This document shows, piece after piece, positions 57,652-64,000 of a stretch of 64,000 nucleotides of DNA (its first letter is position 1; every line of letters begins with the position of its first letter). Under the pieces are notes generated by a model, which was not told where the DNA came from, ran no database searches, and worked only from the letters and a program-made list of their open reading frames with translations. The stretch comes from Candidatus Velthaea sp. (GTDB taxonomy: Bacteria; Vulcanimicrobiota; Vulcanimicrobiia; Vulcanimicrobiales; Vulcanimicrobiaceae): positions 320,001-384,000 of the forward strand of contig CBDCCS010000022.1 of the NCBI GenBank assembly GCA_965214935.1. Reading direction: 5' to 3'. The translations under genes and the position numbers were made by a program.

Positions 57652-58653
57652 GTGAAAGCGCAACGCGACCGGAGCCGTTTCGTTGCCATGGGCGCCGCGC
57701 TGCTCGCATGCGCGGCTGTCGTCGTATTCGGAACGGCGGTTGGGGCCGTACCCTTCGCCTTCACGACCGTGCTTCGTCAGATCGTGCATCCGGATTTAAG
57801 CACGCAAGCCGGACGTATACTTTGGGACATCCGGATTCCGCGTGTCGCGATCGGCGCGCTGGTCGGCTCGGCTTTAGGCACCGCCGGAACGCTGCTGCAG
57901 ACCATGCTGCGCAATCCGCTCGTCGATCCGTACCTTACCGGCAGCAGTGCCGGCGCGGCCTGCGCGATCGCGATCGGCATCGCCGCCGGTGCCGCAACGG
58001 CGAGTCTGCCGCTTCTCGCCTTTGCTGCCTCACTGCTTACCGCACTGCTCGTCGCAGCGTTGGCGCGCACGGGCAGCGGCTTGTCCAACGAGCGGCTCAT
58101 TCTCGCCGGGATATCGCTATCCGCACTGTTCGCCGGCATCGTCACGCTCGTCGTTTTGCTCTCGCCGCGCGCGAGCACGTCGCTAAGCATTCTCGCTTGG
58201 CTCGGCGGAAGCTTAGCCGGCCGCGGCTGGCGCGACTTGCAAGCCGCCGGTGTCTACGCAGCCGGCGGCGCATTGCTCGCGCTTGTCCTCGCGCCGACGC
58301 TCAACGGCTTGCGGTTCGGCGAATCGCGCGCGCGTGCACTGGGAATCGACGTCGACCGCGCCGGCTGGGCGATTCTCGCGGCTGCGTCGTTGTTGACTGC
58401 TGCGGCGGTCAGCGTATCGGGCATCGTCGGTTTTGTCGGGCTGATCGTACCGCATCTCGCGCGGCGTCTGGTGGGCGACGACGCGCGGTTCACGCTCGTC
58501 ATCAGCCTCATCGTCGGCGCGATACTCGTTGTAATGGCGGACGCATTCGCGCGTACGATCGCGCCGCCGCTCGATCTGCCCGTCGGCGTGCTGCTGTCGA
58601 TGTTCGGCGTACCGATTTTCATTTTTCTTGCGTTTCGCCGCCGGGCAGCATGA
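57652..58653 (+). CDS. btuC: FecCD/BtuC-family ABC permease (likely cobalamin)
   Basis: IRIPRV, RNPLVDPYLTG, GIVGFVGLIVPH, LPVG; cobalamin gene context. Confidence 0.85.
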   Translation: MKAQRDRSRFVAMGAALLACAAVVVFGTAVGAVPFAFTTVLRQIVHPDLSTQAGRILWDIRIPRVAIGALVGSALGTAGTLLQTMLRNPLVDPYLTGSSAGAACAIAIGIAAGAATASLPLLAFAASLLTALLVAALARTGSGLSNERLILAGISLSALFAGIVTLVVLLSPRASTSLSILAWLGGSLAGRGWRDLQAAGVYAAGGALLALVLAPTLNGLRFGESRARALGIDVDRAGWAILAAASLLTAAAVSVSGIVGFVGLIVPHLARRLVGDDARFTLVISLIVGAILVVMADAFARTIAPPLDLPVGVLLSMFGVPIFIFLAFRRRAA

Positions 58654-59429
58654 TCGAAGTCGCCGGTGTTGCGTTGGCTTACGGGGGCTGTCGCATTCTG
58701 CACGACGTCGACTTGCGAATTGCGGACAACGAACTCGTCGTCTTGGCCGGTCCGAACGGCGTCGGTAAGTCGACGCTCTTACGAGCAATTGCCGGTTTAC
58801 AACCCCTCGTCGCCGGTTCCATCGCCGTCCACGGACAGGCTGTCGAGTCGCTGACGGGTCAGAAGCGCGGCCGAACGCTGGCACTTATCGAAGCCGACGG
58901 ACCGTTGCCCGAGCGCATGACCGTCGACGATATCGTTGCCGGCGGACGGCTTCCCTATCGCCCGTGGTGGCGCTGGTCGTCGACATCCCGCGACCGCCGC
59001 GCGATCGACGAAGCAATCGAATGCACCGAGATAGCCGGCTTGGCGCAGCGTCCGTTCGCGCAACTTTCCAGCGGGGAACGCCAGCGAGTCTGGCTGGCTC
59101 TCGCGGTCGCGCAAGAAACGCCGGTGCTGCTGCTCGACGAGCCGACGAGCCATCTCGACATCCGGCACACCTTCGAGATGCTGGCGCTCGTGCGACGCTT
59201 AGTGACCGGCGGAAAGACGGCCGTGGTTGTGTTGCACGACCTCAACCTGGCGGCAGCCTTCGCAGATCGTATCGCCTTGCTGGGCGAACGGACGTTGCTC
59301 GCCTTCGACTCGCCGCAACGCGTTTTCAACGAGGAACTGCTAAGTCGCGTCTACGGCATCCCAATCGGCGTCCGGCACGAGCGCGATGGTGTCTTTGCAT
59401 TCGCGTCGCCGCCGGCACGGCCGCGATAG
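58650..59429 (+). CDS. btuD: ABC ATP-binding protein (BtuD/FepC-like)
   Basis: GPNGVGKSTLL, LSSGERQR, LLDEPTSHLD, LHDLNLA. Confidence 0.85.
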   Translation: MIEVAGVALAYGGCRILHDVDLRIADNELVVLAGPNGVGKSTLLRAIAGLQPLVAGSIAVHGQAVESLTGQKRGRTLALIEADGPLPERMTVDDIVAGGRLPYRPWWRWSSTSRDRRAIDEAIECTEIAGLAQRPFAQLSSGERQRVWLALAVAQETPVLLLDEPTSHLDIRHTFEMLALVRRLVTGGKTAVVVLHDLNLAAAFADRIALLGERTLLAFDSPQRVFNEELLSRVYGIPIGVRHERDGVFAFASPPARPR

Positions 59430-60193
59430 CGCGCCGTTCCACGCACGAGCGCATCGACGACGTCGGCCACGCGCGGACCGGGCTGCAAGAGGTCGTCTTC
59501 ATCGATCGCGACCACGCGGTGCCGGCGTACAGCGCGTAAACGCGACCACGGCGGGCCGTCCGGGATCAGCGTTCCGTGCGGCACGACGATCACGTCGGGA
59601 TCGGCGGCTTCGACGCTTTCATCCGAGATCTCCGGGAACGCGGCGTGCACCGTGCCGGCAACGTTCGTAATGTTTGCAAAGCACAGCAGATCGTCGATGT
59701 AGGAACCATGCGCTGCAGTGTACGTCGGATTGACTCCGATGAGGACGAACGCGCGCAGCGGCCGCGCCGTCTGCGTTCGCCGCTCGGCGCGGGCCAAACG
59801 TGCGCGAATCGCCGTTAACGCGCGGGCGGCCTCGCGCGCGTGCCCGGTGAGACGTCCGAGCGTTGTGATCGCCGCGAAATCATCTTGCAGCGTATCGACC
59901 GCGAGCGCCTCGGTTCGAACGCCGGTACGCCCAAGATCGCGCAGATTCGGCAGTTGGTACGGAATCCCGACGATGAGATCCGGATCGAGCGCCGCGATCG
60001 CTTCGCTATTGATGGTACGCATCGACCCGACACGCGGTAAACGCAGCACGGCCGGCGGCCGGCGCGCATCTGCATCGACGCCGACGACCGCTCCGCCGGC
60101 CCCGATTGCAAACAGATCGTCGGTCAGCGCGGGCGCGAGCGAAACGACGCGAAGCGCGATCGCCGTCGCGAGCAAGAATGCGCCGGCGGCCAT
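59351..60193 (-). CDS. btuF: Cobalamin-binding protein (helical-backbone receptor)
   Basis: RVVSLAPALTDDLFAIG, EAIAALDPDL, LLQPGPR. Confidence 0.85.
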   Translation of the reverse strand: MAAGAFLLATAIALRVVSLAPALTDDLFAIGAGGAVVGVDADARRPPAVLRLPRVGSMRTINSEAIAALDPDLIVGIPYQLPNLRDLGRTGVRTEALAVDTLQDDFAAITTLGRLTGHAREAARALTAIRARLARAERRTQTARPLRAFVLIGVNPTYTAAHGSYIDDLLCFANITNVAGTVHAAFPEISDESVEAADPDVIVVPHGTLIPDGPPWSRLRAVRRHRVVAIDEDDLLQPGPRVADVVDALVRGTARYRGRAGGDANAKTPSRSCRTPIGMP

Positions 60194-62097
60194 CAGCGCG
60201 TCGACAGCTCGACTTCAACCGTCCGGCCGGGTGCGGGATAGCCGAGCAGCGGAGCGTAGCGCTCGTTCCCGATGTTGCGCGCACGAACCGAAAGAACGCC
60301 GTCGCGTGCAATCCGGCCGCGCAAATAGACGTCCACCGTCACTTGGCCATCTGCATTGAAACCGCCGCTCTCAGCGTGCGGCCCGTAAATGTTTGCTTGT
60401 GCACCGACGACAGAACCGCCGGTGCGAACAGCGCGTTCGAGCCCGACTTTGGTGACGAAAACCGGCGTGAAAAAGAGGCGCGCCGCCGGACTGCCGGGCG
60501 ACAAATTTTCGGCGCGATATGTATCGGTGACGGAAACGTTCGAGACGACGCCGTGAAAGGGCCGCGTGCGCAACGTTGCAATGAAGCCGCGCAACGATGA
60601 TTGCGCGACGTTTTGTCCGATCGAGCGGCTGTCGATTTGGATGAGGTTCGCGGCGTCGCGGGTGAAGTAGCCCAACGTCGCACCGCCCAAAATCGCGCCG
60701 GTCTGCAGCGTGATGTCGGTATCTTTGGAGCGTTCGGGCTTGAGCGCCGGATTGGCATAGCCCGGATAGTACCGGTCGACGATCGTCGGCACGCGAAACG
60801 CCGTTCCGCCGTTGATGGCCAGCCGCACCGCGCCGAGCGGTACGGCAAGGCCGAGACTCGGCGTCGCGGCGCTACCGAACGGTGCATCGGTTTCACCGCG
60901 GACGCCGGCGTTAATCTGGACGCCGTCATGCAGCGTCAATTGTTCTTGTGCGTACAACGCGGCTTCGGATTGGGTTTGGCCGGTCGTTGCATAACCGCTT
61001 GGGGCACCGGTTGCATCGTACGTCGCTACGTTCGCAAGAACGGCCGATTCGCGTGCCAGATCGACGCCTACCATCAACGTCGAAAGCCCGGCTTGAACCA
61101 CATTGCGTAACGACAACTGGCTACGCCCGTCAATCGACGGATTCTCCGTCACCGTGGAAGGATCGGCGTAATCGAGATTTTGATGTAAGCCGAAGAAGCT
61201 CAGCGTCGTCGCGCTGTTGAGGCCGGCGTGCGTGATGTCGAGATGCGCGTCGGCACGCGAAATGTTTTCGCGTGCGAAGAGATCCGTTCCATAGACAAGC
61301 GAACCCGGCACGCCGAGGTGGATTTGCTCGTTTCCGATGCGCAGCCGGGCGCTGATCGTCGGGCCGAGGTTCACATCGTAGGCGATCCGGGCGGCGGTTT
61401 GCTCGGCGTCGGCATTAGCGCGCGAGCCGGCCGGATACAGCGGTCGACCCGGTACGTCGCCGGCCGCCGGATAGCTGTAATTGTTTTGGGCGATATGCCG
61501 CTCGAACGAAGCGCCGAGCCGGCCGTTACCGGTACCGAGCCGCACATTACGATCTTGTAGCGTGCCGGCCGCGGCTTCGAGATACGATCCACGCGGAACA
61601 TCGGTTATGATGTTTATTACGCCGCCGACGGCGTTTGCGCCATACAATGTCGAGCCGCTGCCTTCGACGATCTCGATGCGCCGGACGCCGGCGGTCGAAA
61701 GCGTGCCGAGATCGAGCTGTTCGTTCGAGCCGGGTGTTACCGGTACACCGTCGAGCAAGATAAGTACGCTTGTCGATGACGATCCGCGGATGAATACGTT
61801 CGCTTGCGCACCGAACGCACCGTAGTGATAGAGTTCGACCCCCGGCACGTCGGCGAGCGCATCGGCGACCGTGCGTTGTCCGCGCGTTTCGATTTGCGCG
61901 CGGTCGACAATGTACGTTGCTCGCGTCGTACGGCCGATCGGCTCGTCATGCCGGTCGCTCGTCGACACACGGCCGATCTCCGGAGCAGGCGTCGGGCTTG
62001 CGGCCGGTAGCGGGTCCGCCCAAATCGGCGCAGATGAAAACAACGTCAAACTAAGCGCGCCGATTGCGGCGCGCACGACTTTACGATACGAAAACAC
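60193..62097 (-). CDS. btuB: TonB-dependent receptor, BtuB-like
   Basis: Signal peptide; plug motifs ADVPGV, IRG, LLDGVP, RIEIVEGSGSTLYGANAVGGVINIIT; NPALKPE; lies downstream of a cobalamin riboswitch. Confidence 0.9.
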   Translation of the reverse strand: MFSYRKVVRAAIGALSLTLFSSAPIWADPLPAASPTPAPEIGRVSTSDRHDEPIGRTTRATYIVDRAQIETRGQRTVADALADVPGVELYHYGAFGAQANVFIRGSSSTSVLILLDGVPVTPGSNEQLDLGTLSTAGVRRIEIVEGSGSTLYGANAVGGVINIITDVPRGSYLEAAAGTLQDRNVRLGTGNGRLGASFERHIAQNNYSYPAAGDVPGRPLYPAGSRANADAEQTAARIAYDVNLGPTISARLRIGNEQIHLGVPGSLVYGTDLFARENISRADAHLDITHAGLNSATTLSFFGLHQNLDYADPSTVTENPSIDGRSQLSLRNVVQAGLSTLMVGVDLARESAVLANVATYDATGAPSGYATTGQTQSEAALYAQEQLTLHDGVQINAGVRGETDAPFGSAATPSLGLAVPLGAVRLAINGGTAFRVPTIVDRYYPGYANPALKPERSKDTDITLQTGAILGGATLGYFTRDAANLIQIDSRSIGQNVAQSSLRGFIATLRTRPFHGVVSNVSVTDTYRAENLSPGSPAARLFFTPVFVTKVGLERAVRTGGSVVGAQANIYGPHAESGGFNADGQVTVDVYLRGRIARDGVLSVRARNIGNERYAPLLGYPAPGRTVEVELSTR

Positions 62098-62131
62098 GAT
62101 CCTACCTTTACGCGAGGTTGGTGCAGCGAAG

Positions 62132-62272
62132 CGTTCGAGCAAGATATCCTGACTTCGCGGATCGTTACCGAATGCTGCGACCTTCCCACCTTGCGGCAGT
62201 GATCGACAGCGGCTCCCCGCTTACAGTGGCGCGACCGTCCCGGATTTCCACCGGGTTCCCATCGCTCGAACG
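62132..62272 (-). ncRNA. Cobalamin riboswitch
   Basis: Minus strand GGGAACCCGGTGGAAATCCGGGACGGTCGCGCCACTGTAA...CACTG...GGGAAGG...AAGTCAGGA, enclosed by the CGTTCGAGC/GCTCGAACG stem. Confidence 0.92.
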
Positions 62273-62327
62273 ATACGGGCGGGTTACGCGGGAGGCTCCG
62301 GCTGACCTTGCGCAAATCGGCGGCAGC

Positions 62328-62903
62328 ATGAGCATCTCGACGCGCAGCGGCGATGCCGGCGAAACAGCGACGGCCGGCACTTCACGCGTTTCTAAAAGCG
62401 ATCTGCGTGTCGAAGCGTATGGAACGATCGATGAAGTGAACTCCACGATCGGCGTTGCGCGGGCTTGGTGCGACGACCCTCAGATCGTGTCGTTTGCGCG
62501 CTCGCTTCAACGCGACTTATTCAAAATCGGCAGCGCGCTTTCGGCCAAACCGGAGTCGGGCGCCACGCTACCGGAAATTGAATCGGCAATGATCGCGCGG
62601 CTCGATGCGGCAATCGACGGCTTTGAGGCGCAGGACGGCATCTTGCGCGACTGGTCGATAAGCGGTGAATTGCGTTCCGCTGCGGGGTTTGATTTAGCGC
62701 GAACCGTCGCGCGGCGCGCCGAACGCTCGGCCGTGCGGCTCGTGACGTCGGGTGCCGTCATCGAGCCCAACGTTTTGGTTTACTTGAATCGCCTCTCCGA
62801 CGTTCTCTGGCTGATCGCGCGAAAACTCGAATGCGATGCCGGCGTCGATGCGCGGCTACGCGATGATGCGCATCCGGGTCCGCCGTGGTCGCGCGCATGG
62901 TGA
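62328..62903 (+). CDS. pduO: PduO-type ATP:cob(I)alamin adenosyltransferase
   Basis: TRSGDAGET, RVEAYGTIDEVNS, ARTVARRAER, YLNRLSD. Confidence 0.93.
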   Translation: MSISTRSGDAGETATAGTSRVSKSDLRVEAYGTIDEVNSTIGVARAWCDDPQIVSFARSLQRDLFKIGSALSAKPESGATLPEIESAMIARLDAAIDGFEAQDGILRDWSISGELRSAAGFDLARTVARRAERSAVRLVTSGAVIEPNVLVYLNRLSDVLWLIARKLECDAGVDARLRDDAHPGPPWSRAW

Positions 62904-63051
62904 ATCGCCAAGCTCGCGCTGCCGTTCAGACTAACGTCGCTTGGTAAGAAAACCGGCCGTCGCGCCGCCTCGAACGCACGACGAATGTTCAGATTGTGCG
63001 CGGCGGGTGAATCGGCGCCGGAAGGTCGGGCAACACACATAAGCCTGCGTC

Positions 63052-64000
63052 ATGCGCCGCACGTTAGCGAACATTGCCGTTGCTCTCACGCTGTTGCTCG
63101 GCGGATGCGGCGGCACAACGTCGGCTTCGAGCGCTGCGCTGCCGGCGTTCATTCCGCCGCTGATGCCGTCGGGCATCGTTGCACCAACCGGGGCGCTGAC
63201 GATGATCGGCGGCGGAACGCGCATCGGCAGTACGATCTTACCGGCGGCGGCGGCGGCGATCTTTACCATTAACTCGGGCACGACGCCGCAGCCGATAGCC
63301 GTCGGCGGAGCGCTTGCGACATACGCAATCCAGTTGAACGATACCGCCGGTGCAACCGCAACGATCGTGCCGGCGGCGACAGGACGACGGCCGGCGTCAT
63401 CGGCGCAGCATCGGGTCGCCGGCCTCGATCGCGAATTGCGCATTCCGGATCGGCTGAGCGATCGAGCGGAACGCGCGCAGTGGCCGGCGATCGGCGCGCG
63501 CATTGCTGCGCGACGCGCCGCCGCCGCAGTCCGCAGCGTTACCACTTCTTCGCTCGGCGCACAGCGGACATTCAAATTGCAAGGCGGCACGATCGACGGC
63601 ACGCAGATGACGGCGGCAGTATTGACGGCGCCGGCCACGCTCGTTGCGCAAAGTGCCCATGCCGATGTTTGGCTCGACAGCGCGATCGTGGCGGATGCCG
63701 GTATCTTACAACGCGAATATCCAAGCGGCTCGGCTGATTTCGCGACCGTTGCGGCCGCCTTCGAACACGCGTTGAGCGTTGAGACGCAAGCCTTCGGACC
63801 GGCGTATACGACCGGATTAGTAAATTTCGAAAATTGCGCGAGCGACGGGACACCGCTGCGCACGCAACCGCCGCAACCCGATACGACCGGCGTTACCGAT
63901 CCGCATATCAACGTCCTGATCACGGATCGGCTCGCCGGTTCGGGTGAGGGCGGTTATTTCTTCGGCTTGGACATGCTCGATCAAACCGAGGCGAATTGCG
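63052..64000 (+). CDS. Lipoprotein, partial; possibly a metallopeptidase (M30-like)
   Basis: MRRTLANIAVALTLLLGGC lipobox; reads to the window end with DPHINVLITD...GEGGYF. No HEXXH is visible before truncation. Confidence 0.6.
   Translation, partial: MRRTLANIAVALTLLLGGCGGTTSASSAALPAFIPPLMPSGIVAPTGALTMIGGGTRIGSTILPAAAAAIFTINSGTTPQPIAVGGALATYAIQLNDTAGATATIVPAATGRRPASSAQHRVAGLDRELRIPDRLSDRAERAQWPAIGARIAARRAAAAVRSVTTSSLGAQRTFKLQGGTIDGTQMTAAVLTAPATLVAQSAHADVWLDSAIVADAGILQREYPSGSADFATVAAAFEHALSVETQAFGPAYTTGLVNFENCASDGTPLRTQPPQPDTTGVTDPHINVLITDRLAGSGEGGYFFGLDMLDQTEANC

Noticed and set aside
62995..63035. GGGTGAATC...AGGTCGGGC resembling the c-di-AMP (ydaO) riboswitch core
   Set aside because: The conserved 5' and 3' flanking elements are absent.
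62931..63923. 330-aa minus-strand ORF
   Set aside because: It is the antisense shadow of the plus-strand lipoprotein that starts at 63052.

Overview
High-GC, densely packed bacterial chromosome segment. A TonB-dependent receptor implies an outer membrane; the lineage cannot be established from the sequence alone. Core content: a PiT transporter (partial), a NUDIX hydrolase, an SF1 UvrD-like helicase, tRNA-Ser(TGA), a sugar ABC transporter, a kynureninase-like enzyme with an MFS transporter, suhB, an MgtE-N/CBS plus NRAMP-like pair, a PucR regulator coupled to a glutamine-synthetase-like protein, a DODA dioxygenase, a GNAT/ketopantoate-reductase-like fusion, an aromatic amino-acid decarboxylase with an FAD reductase, fumC, tandem M61 peptidases, a vanadium-haloperoxidase-like gene, a complete 14-gene nuoA-N operon, and a cobalamin salvage region (cobU, btuC/D/F/B-like, riboswitch, pduO) interleaved with hflX. 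No integrase, transposase or CRISPR array was seen. Best leads: (1) a small Sm/Hfq-like paralog family coupled to enzyme genes, including a NUDIX hydrolase; (2) a GS-like protein with substituted catalytic residues coupled to a PucR regulator; (3) a helicase with a relaxase-tail-like C-terminal domain beside tRNA-Ser and a decaying paralog pair; (4) a secreted possible SOD-fold protein coupled to a haloperoxidase; (5) near-zero head-to-head gene spacing with leaderless-type -10 boxes. All family calls come from motif recognition by eye; no searches were run.
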